NCBI RefSeq assembly: GCF_028368995.1
Contig: NZ_JAQNDL010000001.1
Span: 2,752,001-2,816,000 of the forward strand
Length of the DNA stretch: 64,000 nt
Direction of reading: 5' to 3'
Origin: Nannocystis bainbridge
Lineage (GTDB): Bacteria > Myxococcota_A > Polyangia > Nannocystales > Nannocystaceae
In this document: positions 39,677-49,568 of the stretch, piece by piece
Position numbering within the stretch: the stretch's first letter is position 1
Layout: each line of letters starts with the position of its first letter
Notes under the pieces: model-generated
What the model was told of the DNA's origin: nothing
Seen by the model: the letters and a program-made list of their open reading frames with translations, nothing else
Databases searched by the model: none
Program-made: the position numbers and the translations under genes

Positions 39677-40933
39677 TCAGCCGGGGATCGGCACGTCGCA
39701 GCCGAACACCACGTCGACGTCGTCGACCAGCCCGTCCTTGAGCGCGTCGCAGGCGGTGCCATGGAAGGTGATCGTGTTGGTGCTCGGGTCGTACGTCCAG
39801 CCGTTGCCGGCGTCGTTCGGCAGCCCCGGGATCATGTCCTCAAAAAACACGTAGATCTCGCTCGGGTCGTCCGGCACGGTGTCGAGCTCGAAGGTGCACG
39901 AGACCACCGCGCCGGCGATCGCCTCGAGCGCCGCCTCGAGCGAGGCCGGGTTGTTGGCGTTGTAGGGCATGCCCGTGCCGCCGCTCGTGGCGATCTCGGC
40001 CAGCGAGCCGAGGATCCCGTCCGAGAACCCGACCGCGTAGGTCGGCACCGAGATCGCCTGCGCGAACAGCTCGGCGGCCGCGGACGGCCCGTCGTTGGGG
40101 TCCTGGCACTCGCCGCTCTCGTTGCCGTCGGTGATCAGCAGCACCGCGTTGCCGCGCGTCGGGTCCTGGATCTGCGGCTCGCCGACCAGCGCCTTGAGCG
40201 TATTGCCGGTGCTCGTCTCCGGGTCGCCCGAGTCGCACAGGTAGCCGTTGCCCTTGTCCGCCAGGAATTGCTGGATCGCCCCGCCGTTGAACTCGGCCAG
40301 CGGCACCACGATCGTGCCGGCCGAGCAGCCGTTGCCGACGCACGCCGAGTAGGTCACGAGCCCGAACCGGATCTCCTCGTTGAAGGTCGTCACCAGCTTG
40401 AAGATCGCGTCCTTCGCCACCTCCCAGCGGTTCTTGTCCGAGTCCTGGACGTCGCCGTCCATGCTGCCGCTGCGGTCGAGCACGATCATCACGTTGGGCA
40501 CGACCTGGGTCAGCGCGAACTCCTGGGCCCCACACTCCCCGCCGATCTCGCACACGCCGTCGTTGCAGGTCTGGCCGCCGTCGCAGTCCTCGTCGAACAC
40601 GCAGCCGCCCGCCGGCAGGCACTGGCCCGACCACGAGCCGCAGTGCTGGCCTTCGGGACAGTCCTGGTCGCCGCTGCAGCCCGGGCCGCCGGTGGTCGTC
40701 GGCGCGCTGGTCGGCGAGCCGCTCGGGTCGACGCTGGTAGTCGCGTCGCTGTCGCCTCCGGTCGTCTCGCCGCCCGTCCCCGCCGTCACGCCGGTGGCGC
40801 CGCTCGCCCCCGTGATGCTGGTCGGCGCGGTCGCCCCGGCCGTGGTCTCGCCGTCGTCGCCGTCGTCGCCGCAGCCCACGACCAGCGCTCCTGCCACCAG
40901 CCAACTCGAGATTCGACCCGTCCGCGCGTGCAT
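39677..40933 (-). CDS. VWA domain lipoprotein (CglB-like architecture)
   Basis: Lipobox VVGC, Cys-rich repeats, MIDAS DRSGS...T...ITDG and a C-terminal WTYD...FHGTAC domain. Confidence 0.85.
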   Translation of the reverse strand: MHARTGRISSWLVAGALVVGCGDDGDDGETTAGATAPTSITGASGATGVTAGTGGETTGGDSDATTSVDPSGSPTSAPTTTGGPGCSGDQDCPEGQHCGSWSGQCLPAGGCVFDEDCDGGQTCNDGVCEIGGECGAQEFALTQVVPNVMIVLDRSGSMDGDVQDSDKNRWEVAKDAIFKLVTTFNEEIRFGLVTYSACVGNGCSAGTIVVPLAEFNGGAIQQFLADKGNGYLCDSGDPETSTGNTLKALVGEPQIQDPTRGNAVLLITDGNESGECQDPNDGPSAAAELFAQAISVPTYAVGFSDGILGSLAEIATSGGTGMPYNANNPASLEAALEAIAGAVVSCTFELDTVPDDPSEIYVFFEDMIPGLPNDAGNGWTYDPSTNTITFHGTACDALKDGLVDDVDVVFGCDVPIPG

Positions 40934-41049
40934 GACCGACTCCTCCGGCGCGACTGGCGCCAGAATCGCCTCTTACCGGAGCGCGCGCACAGGTGTCAAT
41001 CAGCCGTCCTCCGACGCACAATCCCCCATCCCGGCGCGCGGCTCAACGG

Positions 41050-41290
41050 CCCAGCTCGCTTCGCAACGACATGTCCCCGGGGACATGTCAGCTTCTCGCC
41101 GACCTCGGCCGCGCCGGTCCAGCTCGCTCGCCGCGACATGTCCCCGGGACAGGTCATCCTCTCGCCGGCCTCGGCAGCGACGGTCCAGCTCGCTCGCCGC
41201 CCATGTCTCCGGGAACAGGTCATACGCATCGCCGGCCTCGGCACGCGACGCCCTGACCCCTCCTTTCGGACATGTCCCCGAGGACAGGCG
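41050..41290. repeat. About 66-bp imperfect tandem repeats, each with CATGTC-N5/6-GACA
   Basis: CCAGCTCGCT...CATGTC(C/T)CCGGG(G/A)ACA(T/G)GTCA...TCGCCG(G/A)CCTCGGC units with cores at 41070, 41137, 41202 and 41271. Confidence 0.8.
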
Positions 41291-41519
41291 CACTCTCGCC
41301 GAGTCGGAAGGCATGCCGCCCGCCCCCGGCAAAGCGAGCGCGAGCGTCCGGCATTTCCGAGCTTGCCGCGATCGGCAAGCCGATCGCGGCCGATGACGCC
41401 CTTCACGATCTTCGCGAGCGCGCCTGAGAATCTTCGCGACCCCACCTCGCGGCCGCCGCGCCCCCGGCTGAAAATCCTCGATTTTCTCCCCTGACCCGCC
41501 GCATGCATGCGCACGCCGC

Positions 41520-42815
41520 GTGCCTCTCGCGCGCAGCGTCTGCCTGGTCCTCGCCCTGCTCGCGGGCCCCGTGCGCGCGGCGCCGGCCGATTCGGACCTG
41601 AGCGGATCGTTCGACATCGACACCGCGGTGCTCGTCGCCCTCGAGCGCAGCCCGGGCCTGCAGGCGGCGGCCCACCGGATCCGCGCAGCCCTGCACCTGG
41701 CCGAGGCCGAGCGCCGGCCCGAGGCCACGCGCCTCACCTTCGACATCTGGCAGGTCCCGCTGGCCCGGCCGTGGGCGTGGAACGAGTCGCCGATGGTCAT
41801 GCTCGGCCTGCGCCAGCCGGTCCCGGCGGCGGGCAGCCTCAAGCTGCGCTCGGCGGCCCGCCGCAAGGACGCCGACGCCGACACCGCCTCCCGCGACGCC
41901 GTCGCCCAGGACCTCGCCACCGCGGTGCGTCACGCCTTCATCGACTACGCCGCCGCGATCGCGCGCCACGGCGTCCATCTCGAGCACCAGCGGGTCAGCG
42001 AGCACGTGCTCGGCCTCGCCAGGGCCCGCCAGGTCGTCGGCGGCACGCTCCTCGAGATCGCCCGCGCCGAGACCGAGGTCGCCCGCGCCCGCGCCGACGT
42101 CGCCACCGACGCCACCGCCGCCCAGGCCGCGCGCACCCGCCTCAACACGCTGATGGCCCGCGACGCCGACGCCCCGCTCGGCGCCCCGCAGGACCCGGTC
42201 GCGGCCACCGTCGCCGTCGACGCCCGCGGCCTCATCGCCGACGCCCAGCGCGGCCGCCCCGAGACCCGCGCCGCCGACGCTCGCCGCGAGGCCGCCGCCC
42301 TCGACCTGCGCGCCAGCAAGCGCGAGGCCAACCTGCCGAGCGCGATGCTCGGCGTCGCCTACTTCCCCGCCACCCGGCCGATGCCGATGCACGGCTACGG
42401 CCTGATGATCGACCTCCAGCTGCCCTGGCTCTCGGGACAGGCGCGCAAGCGCAGGGACGCCCAGGCCGAGCTCAGCGCCGCGGCGTCCCGCGACGTCGCG
42501 CAGGTCAAGCTGGGCATCGCCGGCGAGGTCTCGGGCGCGCTCGCGACCGTGCAGAGCGCGTCGGAGCGCTACCAGGCGCTCGTGCGCGAGGCCGGGCCCG
42601 CCAGCGCCCGCGCCCGCGGGGTCGCCCTCACCGGCTACGAGTCCGGCCGCGGCGACTTCTCGGCTCTGCTCGCCGCCGAGGCCGTGCACGTCGAGGTGGC
42701 GATGGACGTCATCGCCGCCAAGTCCGACCTCGACCACGCCCTCATCGACCTCGACCGCGCCGTCGGCTCCCCGGTCGCCCGCCGCCCGCTGGTCCCCGGC
42801 CCCGCCGACCGCTGA
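41520..42815 (+). CDS. TolC family outer membrane efflux protein (CusC-like)
   Basis: Signal peptide, ALERSPGL, LRQPVP and LQLPWL...YESGRGDF OEP repeats; upstream of the adaptor and RND permease. Confidence 0.88.
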   Translation: MPLARSVCLVLALLAGPVRAAPADSDLSGSFDIDTAVLVALERSPGLQAAAHRIRAALHLAEAERRPEATRLTFDIWQVPLARPWAWNESPMVMLGLRQPVPAAGSLKLRSAARRKDADADTASRDAVAQDLATAVRHAFIDYAAAIARHGVHLEHQRVSEHVLGLARARQVVGGTLLEIARAETEVARARADVATDATAAQAARTRLNTLMARDADAPLGAPQDPVAATVAVDARGLIADAQRGRPETRAADARREAAALDLRASKREANLPSAMLGVAYFPATRPMPMHGYGLMIDLQLPWLSGQARKRRDAQAELSAAASRDVAQVKLGIAGEVSGALATVQSASERYQALVREAGPASARARGVALTGYESGRGDFSALLAAEAVHVEVAMDVIAAKSDLDHALIDLDRAVGSPVARRPLVPGPADR

Positions 42816-42816
42816 A

Positions 42817-43065
42817 CCTGTCCCGAAGACCACAATCACCTGTCCCGAAGACCATCCGCGAAATCCGCCCGCCCCAGCAAGGTCCATCCCCGCCGCGCCT
42901 CACACCTGAGCCAGCCGTCCCGTCAACCGATCCGGACGCATCGCGCCTCACACCCGTCCCCGAGACCAGCCCTTCGCTCCCACGACCCGTCGCCCGCCCG
43001 ACCCTCCGCGTCCGCCCACCTGTCCCCGAGACCAGCCCGCTCCTCTACCTGTCTCCGAGACCAGC
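42817..43065. repeat. Repeated CCTGTCCC(C)GA(A)GACCA elements in the cusC-cusB spacer
   Basis: Copies at 42817, 42839, about 42954, 43019 and 43047. Confidence 0.7.
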
Positions 43066-43084
43066 CACCTCTCAAGGACTCCCC

Positions 43085-44506
43085 GTGCCCCACCCTCACG
43101 ACCCCGAGAACCTGCGCGAAGGCGCCGAGGCCCCGCCGCCTGGCGTCGCCGTGATGGCGGGCGTGCGCTGGCTGCTCCTGCTCGGCACCCTCGCGGCGGC
43201 CTGCTTCTCCTGGTGGTCGTACGCCAGCGCCGAGCCGGCCGCGGTCCAGCACGCCCCGCGCTACCGCTGCCCGATGCACCCGCAGATCACGGCTCATGAG
43301 CCGGGCGAGTGCCCGATCTGCCACATGGCGCTCGAGCCGATCGCCGACGAACCGCCCGAGACCGTCTACCGCTGCCCGATGCACCCGCAGATCCAGCAGG
43401 CCGAGCCTGGCGACTGCCCGATCTGCGGCATGGACCTCGAGCCCGTCGCCGCCGCCGACGTGGCTGTCTCTCCGGACATGCCCGCAGGGACAGCCGCGAT
43501 CACCCTCGGCCTCGACCGCCTGCAGGCGATCGGCGCCCGCGTCGTCGTCGCTGGCGAGCACGAGTTCGCGGGCGAGCTGCGCAGCGCCGCCCTGACCGAG
43601 TTCTCCGAGGACGGGGCCGCGCGGGTCCACGTGCGCGCGGCCGGCTTCATCGAGCGCATCGCCGTCGCCGAGACCGGGGTGCGGGTGCGCAAGGGTCAGG
43701 TGCTGGCGGAGTACTACAGCCCGGAGATCTATCAAGCCCAGGCCGAGCTGGTGGCGGCGCGCGGGTGGTCGGGGCCGGTGGTCGAGGCGGCCCGCCAGCG
43801 GCTCGAGCTGCTCGGCCTCTCGACCGCCGCGATCGACCGGGTCGTCAGGACCGGCAAGCCCGACCGCACCACCCCGGTGGTCGCGCCCGCGAGCGGCGTC
43901 GTGGTCGCCCGCGCCGCCGTGCTCGGCGCCTACGTGCGCCCCGAGGAGCCGCTCTACGAGCTGCGCGAGGACCACGCGCTCTATCTGGTCGCCGAGCTGC
44001 CGGCCGCGCGCGCCGTGTCCGTCAGGACAGGAACCAAGGGACATGTCCGATTCACCAGCCGGCCCGAGCAGGGCCGCGACGTCGCGGTCGACCTGGTCTA
44101 CCCGAGCGTCGCCGCCGACAGCCGCAGCGTCCGCGTGCGCATGCCGCTGACCAACGACGACCGCGCGCTGGTGGCCGGCATGCCGGCGACCGTGAGCTTC
44201 GCGCTGGCGGGCGAGACCGGCGTGGCCGTGCCGCGCGACGCGATCGTCGACGCCGGCGCGCAGCCCTACGTGTTCGTCGACGCCGGCGGCGGCCGCCTGG
44301 TCCCGCGCCCCGTCGTGCTCGGCGGGCGCGACGCCGAGTTCGTGCGCGTGCGCGAGGGCGTGAGCGCCGGCGAGCGCGTGGTCGCCGGCGCGACCTTCCT
44401 CGTCGACGCCGAGAGCCGCCTGCGCGCCGCGCTGATCCCCGCCGCTGCGCAGCCCACCGCCGCGCACGCCGACCCGCACGCGCAGCACGCCGGCCACGCC
44501 CCGTAG
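43085..44506 (+). CDS. cusB: Efflux RND periplasmic adaptor with two heavy-metal-binding YxCPMHP domains
   Basis: YRCPMHP...CPIC(H/G)M twice, YSPEIYQAQAEL, VPRDAI and FLVDAES; His-rich tail; AAGGA RBS before GTG 43085 (alternative ATG at 43154). Confidence 0.88.
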   Translation: MPHPHDPENLREGAEAPPPGVAVMAGVRWLLLLGTLAAACFSWWSYASAEPAAVQHAPRYRCPMHPQITAHEPGECPICHMALEPIADEPPETVYRCPMHPQIQQAEPGDCPICGMDLEPVAAADVAVSPDMPAGTAAITLGLDRLQAIGARVVVAGEHEFAGELRSAALTEFSEDGAARVHVRAAGFIERIAVAETGVRVRKGQVLAEYYSPEIYQAQAELVAARGWSGPVVEAARQRLELLGLSTAAIDRVVRTGKPDRTTPVVAPASGVVVARAAVLGAYVRPEEPLYELREDHALYLVAELPAARAVSVRTGTKGHVRFTSRPEQGRDVAVDLVYPSVAADSRSVRVRMPLTNDDRALVAGMPATVSFALAGETGVAVPRDAIVDAGAQPYVFVDAGGGRLVPRPVVLGGRDAEFVRVREGVSAGERVVAGATFLVDAESRLRAALIPAAAQPTAAHADPHAQHAGHAP

Positions 44507-44524
44507 CCCTTTCCTCGAGCCGCC

Positions 44525-47500
44525 ATGATCACCGCCATCGGCAAGCTGATCGACGCCTGCGCGCACCACCGCGGCCTCGTGATCATGGCCTACCTCGTGC
44601 TCGGCTGGCTGGCCCTGCGCGCCCTGGAGCGCGTCCCGATCGACGCCGTGCCGGACCTCTCCGATCCGCAGGTCATCGTCTTCACCGAGTGGCGCGGGCG
44701 CTCGCCGACATTGGTCGAGGACCAGGTCACCTACCCGCTCACCGCCTCCTTGCTGGCCGCCCCCGGCGTCGAGGCCGTGCGCGGCTACTCGATGTTCGGC
44801 ATGTCCTTCGTCCACGTCCTGTTCGCCGAGGACGTCGACGTCTACTGGGCCCGCTCGCGGGTGCAAGAGTACCTGGCCGGCATCGGCCCGCGCCTGCCCG
44901 AGGGCGCCAGCGTCACTCTCGGGCCCGACGCCACCGGCATCGGCTGGGTGTTCGAGTACGCCCTGGTCGATCGCACGGGTCAGCACGACCTCGCCGAGCT
45001 GCGCGCCCTCCAGGACTTCGAGCTGCGCTACGCGCTCGAGAGCGTCCAGGGCGTCGCCCAGGTCGCCAGCGTCGGCGGCTACGAGCGCCAGTTCCAGGTC
45101 CAGCTCGACCTCGAGCGCCTGCGCGCCCACGGCCTCGGCGTCGCCGACGTCGCCGACGCCGTGCGCAGGACCTCGGGCGAGTCGTCGGGGCGGATCCTGG
45201 AGCTCGGCGGGCGCGAGGCCTTCGTGCGCGGCCGCGGTTACTTGCAGGACCTCGCCGGCCTCGAGTCGGCTGTCCTCAAGGCCAGCCCCGAACTCGGCGC
45301 CCCGCTGCGGCTCGGCGACGTCGCCGACGTCCGGTTCGGCCCCGACATCCGCCGCGGCCTGGCCGAGCTCGACGGCCAGGGCGAGGTCGTCGGCGCCATC
45401 GTCGTCGCGCGCTACGGCGTCAACGCCCGCGACGTCATCGAGCGCGTCAAGGCCCGCCTCGACGAGGTCGCCGCCGGCCTGCCGCCGGGCGTCGAGGTCG
45501 TCACCACCTACGACCGCAGCGGCCTCATCGACCGCGCGATCGACACCCTCAAGGCCGCGCTGGTCGAGGAGGGCGTCGTCGTCGCCCTGGTGATCTTGCT
45601 GTTCCTCCTCCACGTGCGCAGCGCTCTGCTGCCGATCGTCGGCCTACCGCTGGCGGTGCTGCTGGCGTTCTTGCCGATGGCCTGGCTCGGGATCCCCGCC
45701 ACCATCATGAGCCTCGGCGGGATCGCCATCGCCATCGGCGCCACCGTCGACGCCGAGATCGTCATGGTCGAGGCCTGCCACAAGCGGCTCGAACATGCCC
45801 CCAAGGACATGTCCGAAGAGCAACGCCGCAGCCTGCTCGCCGAGGCCGCGCGCGAGGTCACCCCCGCGATCTTCTTCTCCCTGCTGATCATCGCCGTCGC
45901 CTTCATCCCGGTGTTCGGGCTCGAGGGTCAGGCCGGGCGCCTGTTCAAGCCGCTCGCCTACACCAAGACCTTCGTCATGCTGGCGGCCGCGCTGCTCAGC
46001 GTCACCCTCGCGCCGGCCCTGCGCGACCTGCTGGTGCGCGGCAAGATCTACAGCGAGCAGCGCCACCCGATCTCGCGCCTCATCCGCGCCGTCTACGAGC
46101 CGTTCGTCTACGTCGCCCTCCGCAAGCCGCGGACCACCCTGGCGATCGGCCTGTTCGCGGTGCTGTCGGCGATCCCCGTGTTCATGCGGCTCGGCAGCGA
46201 GTTCATGCCGGCGCTGAACGAGGGCGACATCCTCTACATGCCGACCACCTTCCCCGGCCTCTCGATCGAGGAGGCCAAGCGGCAGCTCGCGCGCCAGGAC
46301 GCCCGGCTCGCCGCGTTCCCGGAGGTCGAGCGGGTGTTCGGCAAGGTCGGGCGGGCCGAGACCGCGACCGACCCTGCGCCGCTCAGCATGGTCGAGACCG
46401 TGGTGATGTTGCGGCCGCCGGAGCAGTGGCCGAAGGTCACGCGCGAGCGCTGGTGGAGCGGCTGGGCCCCGTCGGTCCTGCGCGGCCCGCTGACGCGGGT
46501 CTGGCCCGAGGAGACGCCCGAGACCTGGGACGAGCTGGTGGCCAAGCTGTCGGCCGACCTGCAGATGCCGGGCTGGACGCAGGCCTTCACCATGCCGATC
46601 CGGGCCCGCGTCGACATGCTCACCACCGGCGTGCGCACCCCTGTCGGCGTCAAGGTGTTCGGCCGCGACCTGCCCGCGATCGAGGCCGCCGGGGCCCGCG
46701 TCGAGGCCATCCTGCGCGACCTCCCCGGCACGCGCAGCATCCTCTACGAGCGCTCGCTCGGCGGCGTCTACGTCGACATCGTCCCGCGCCGCGACGACCT
46801 CGCCCGCCACGGCCTGCAGGTCGCCGATCTCGGTGAATTCGTCGACCTCGCGATCGGCGGCGAGCCGATCGCCGCCACCATCGACGGTCGGCGCCGCTAC
46901 ACCGTGCAGCTGCGGATCGCCGAGGACCTGCGCGGCGACCTCGACCGCCTGCGCGAGCTCCCGGTCGCCGTGCCTGGGCCCGCGAGCGCCGTCACCCGCA
47001 CCGTGCCGCTGGCCGAGGTCGCCGACGTCGCGCTCGCCGAGGGCCCGCCGATGCTGCGCAGCGAGGCCGGCCTGCTCGTCGGCTACGTCTACGTCGACAT
47101 CGAGCCGTGGCGCGACCTCGGCGGCTACGTCAGCGACGCCCGCGCCCGCGTCGACGCCGCGCTCGCCTCGGGGGAGCTCGTCCTCGGCCCCGGGATGTAC
47201 CTGAAGTGGACCGGCCAGTACGAGCAGATGCAGGCCATGGAGGCGCGGATGCGGGTCCTCATCCCCCTCGCCCTCGCGCTGGTGGCCCTGCTGTTGTGGC
47301 TGCAGTTCCGCGACCTCACCGAGGTCCTCATCGTCCTGCTGTCGATCCCGTTCGCCCTGGTCGGCAGCGCCTGGCTGCTCTGGTGGCTCGACTACCGGCT
47401 CTCGACCGCCGTGTGGGTCGGCATCATCGCCCTCGTCGGCCTCGCCGCGCAGACCGGCGTCGTGATGATCGTCTACATCGACCAGGCCTTCTATCGGCGG

Positions 47501-47815
47501 CTGCGGGCCGGCAAGATCCGCGACCTCGACGACATCATCTGGGCCCACATGGAGGGCACCGTCCAGCGGGTCCGCCCCAAGTTGATGACGGTCGCCTCCA
47601 TGATGTTGGGGCTCGTGCCGCTGCTGTGGGCCACCGGCAGCGGCGCCGACGTGATGAAGCGGATCGCGGCGCCGATGGTCGGCGGCCTGGTGTCCAGCGC
47701 CTTCCTGACCCTCGAGCTGATCCCCGTCGTCTACACTTACTGGCGTTACGCACAGCTCCGCCGGTCTCAACGGACAGGTCGCCCGCTGGCCGAGATCTGC
47801 GGACTGCCCCCCTGA
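44525..47815 (+). CDS. cusA: CusA/CzcA heavy-metal efflux RND permease (Cu+/Ag+)
   Basis: DAVPDLSDPQVI, VEDQVTYPL, GPDATG; Met-triad equivalents LYMP, APLSMVET and VDMLTTG; RVRPKLMT, MKRIAAPMVGG. Confidence 0.95.
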   Translation: MITAIGKLIDACAHHRGLVIMAYLVLGWLALRALERVPIDAVPDLSDPQVIVFTEWRGRSPTLVEDQVTYPLTASLLAAPGVEAVRGYSMFGMSFVHVLFAEDVDVYWARSRVQEYLAGIGPRLPEGASVTLGPDATGIGWVFEYALVDRTGQHDLAELRALQDFELRYALESVQGVAQVASVGGYERQFQVQLDLERLRAHGLGVADVADAVRRTSGESSGRILELGGREAFVRGRGYLQDLAGLESAVLKASPELGAPLRLGDVADVRFGPDIRRGLAELDGQGEVVGAIVVARYGVNARDVIERVKARLDEVAAGLPPGVEVVTTYDRSGLIDRAIDTLKAALVEEGVVVALVILLFLLHVRSALLPIVGLPLAVLLAFLPMAWLGIPATIMSLGGIAIAIGATVDAEIVMVEACHKRLEHAPKDMSEEQRRSLLAEAAREVTPAIFFSLLIIAVAFIPVFGLEGQAGRLFKPLAYTKTFVMLAAALLSVTLAPALRDLLVRGKIYSEQRHPISRLIRAVYEPFVYVALRKPRTTLAIGLFAVLSAIPVFMRLGSEFMPALNEGDILYMPTTFPGLSIEEAKRQLARQDARLAAFPEVERVFGKVGRAETATDPAPLSMVETVVMLRPPEQWPKVTRERWWSGWAPSVLRGPLTRVWPEETPETWDELVAKLSADLQMPGWTQAFTMPIRARVDMLTTGVRTPVGVKVFGRDLPAIEAAGARVEAILRDLPGTRSILYERSLGGVYVDIVPRRDDLARHGLQVADLGEFVDLAIGGEPIAATIDGRRRYTVQLRIAEDLRGDLDRLRELPVAVPGPASAVTRTVPLAEVADVALAEGPPMLRSEAGLLVGYVYVDIEPWRDLGGYVSDARARVDAALASGELVLGPGMYLKWTGQYEQMQAMEARMRVLIPLALALVALLLWLQFRDLTEVLIVLLSIPFALVGSAWLLWWLDYRLSTAVWVGIIALVGLAAQTGVVMIVYIDQAFYRRLRAGKIRDLDDIIWAHMEGTVQRVRPKLMTVASMMLGLVPLLWATGSGADVMKRIAAPMVGGLVSSAFLTLELIPVVYTYWRYAQLRRSQRTGRPLAEICGLPP

Positions 47816-47941
47816 GCGCGCAGACCCCCGTACGCATGCGAAGGCGCGCAAAATTGCCCGCGCGCCCCGCCCCGGCGGCTCTGGCGCCGCCTACACGTGG
47901 GCGTGATCCGTCGCTGACGATTTTTCGCTACAGTCATTGAA

Positions 47942-49390
47942 GTGCCGACGGCCATCACGGACGGAGCAGGCTCCGCTCCTGTGGCGAGACGTTCGCCTGC
48001 GTCCGCCTCGCTCGGCGACGCACGGATCCGCCAGATCCGCCTCGCCATCATGGCCTTCGTCGGGCTGACCACGACCCTCGTGGGCGCGGCGATCCTGAGC
48101 ACCGCCGGGCCCGAGCAGGACTGGGACCGGCTGTCCGGGGTCGTCTACGTCGTCATCGCCGCGTTCTGCTTCGCCACCTGCTCGCTGACCCGCACCAAGC
48201 TGACCCGCACCTCCGAGCTGATGATGCTCGGCACCGCGTACGGCGGCACCGCCGGGGTCGTCATCACCAGCAAGCCCGACACCGCCCTGCTGGCCGGGGT
48301 CGCCGCCCTGACCCTCGTCGTGTTCCTGCCCGGCATCGCCATCCGCACCCGCGGCCGCTCCGGCATCGCCCACATCGTCACCATCAGCGCGGTCTACATC
48401 GTCAGCGTGATCGCCCGCCTGGTCCTGCGCGAGGACGAGACCGCGACCCAGTTCGGCGACATCGCCATCAAGCTGCTGGTGCCCCCGACCGCTTTCTGGC
48501 TGCAGTGGTTGATGGCGCGCGCCCTCAACCAGCGGATCATGGAGGCGCTGGCCGAGAGCGAGCGCGCGCGCAACGCCCTGGCGGTCTCCAACCAGCTGCT
48601 CGAGCTGACCAACCGCAGCCTCGAGGCCGCGCGCATCGACGCCGAGCGGGCCCGCGACGGCGCCGAGACGGCCAACCGGGCCAAGAGCGCCTTCCTGGCC
48701 AACATGAGCCACGAGCTGCGGACCCCGCTCAACTCGGTCATCGGCTACACCGAGATGATCATCGACGAGGCCCGCGAGGACCGCCAGCGCCCGATCAGCG
48801 GGGTCCTGCCCGACCTGCGCAACGTCGTCCTGGCGGCCAAGCACCTGCTCGGCCTCATCGGCGGCGTGCTCGACCTCTCGAAGATCGAGGCCGGCCGCAT
48901 GGAGCTGGTCCCCGAACAATTCGACCTCGACGAGTTCGTCCGCGAGGTCGAGCAGACCATCTTGCCCGCGGTGCGCCGGCGCAACAACCAGCTGCACGTC
49001 CAGTGCGACGGCGAGATCGGCTGGATCGTCACCGACCGCGGCAAGCTCAAGCAGGTGCTGCTCAACCTGCTCGGCAACTCGGCCAAGTTCACCAGCGAGG
49101 GCCAGATCTTCCTCCGCGCCCGCCGCGAGCCCGCCCGCCTGGTGTTCGAGGTCCGCGACACCGGCATCGGCATCGACCCGTCCAAGCTGAACCTCATCTT
49201 CGAGAAGTTCACCCAGATCGACGCCACCTCGACCCGCCGCTACGAGGGCGCCGGCCTCGGCCTCGCCATCACCCGCGAGCTGTGCACGATGATGGGCGGC
49301 ACGATCGCCGTCACCAGCGCGATCGGCGACGGCACCGCCTTCACCGTCGTCATGCCGACCCATCCGACCCTGCCCGACCGCGCGACATGA
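47942..49390 (+). CDS. Membrane-bound sensor histidine kinase
   Basis: About 6 TM segments, [29 protein letters not shown] and GAGLGL; no REC domain. Confidence 0.92.
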   Translation: MPTAITDGAGSAPVARRSPASASLGDARIRQIRLAIMAFVGLTTTLVGAAILSTAGPEQDWDRLSGVVYVVIAAFCFATCSLTRTKLTRTSELMMLGTAYGGTAGVVITSKPDTALLAGVAALTLVVFLPGIAIRTRGRSGIAHIVTISAVYIVSVIARLVLREDETATQFGDIAIKLLVPPTAFWLQWLMARALNQRIMEALAESERARNALAVSNQLLELTNRSLEAARIDAERARDGAETANRAKSAFLANMSHELRTPLNSVIGYTEMIIDEAREDRQRPISGVLPDLRNVVLAAKHLLGLIGGVLDLSKIEAGRMELVPEQFDLDEFVREVEQTILPAVRRRNNQLHVQCDGEIGWIVTDRGKLKQVLLNLLGNSAKFTSEGQIFLRARREPARLVFEVRDTGIGIDPSKLNLIFEKFTQIDATSTRRYEGAGLGLAITRELCTMMGGTIAVTSAIGDGTAFTVVMPTHPTLPDRAT

Positions 49391-49400
49391 CCCGCCTTTG

Positions 49401-49480
49401 GGACATGTCCTCGCGGGCATGTCCCATACGACATATCGCCTCATGCCTTTTCCTTGCGACATGTCCCCTGGAACATGTCC
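49401..49480. repeat. Array of 14-bp TGTC-N6-GACA elements
   Basis: Cores at 49404, 49418, 49432 (CATA), 49460 and 49474, all in one 14-bp register, just after the stop codon. Confidence 0.88.
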
Positions 49481-49568
49481 CTACGCCGGCCCCGGACCCG
49501 TCGCTCGTCCGGCTTCATCGGGCTTGTGAGCCGCCCGCCCGCGCTGATATGCCGGGACGACCCCCCGT

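Noticed and set aside
41507-43084. 999-aa ORF as an extended CusB
   Set aside because: The N-terminal half overlaps the TolC gene in another frame and crosses the repeat spacer; the true start is likely 43085 or 43154.
42923-47851. Long antisense and alternative-frame ORFs (e.g. 333-3110, 11147-13726, 42923-45613, 43309-46836, 56221-59070)
   Set aside because: Shadow ORFs expected at very high GC; they overlap well-supported genes and lack motifs.
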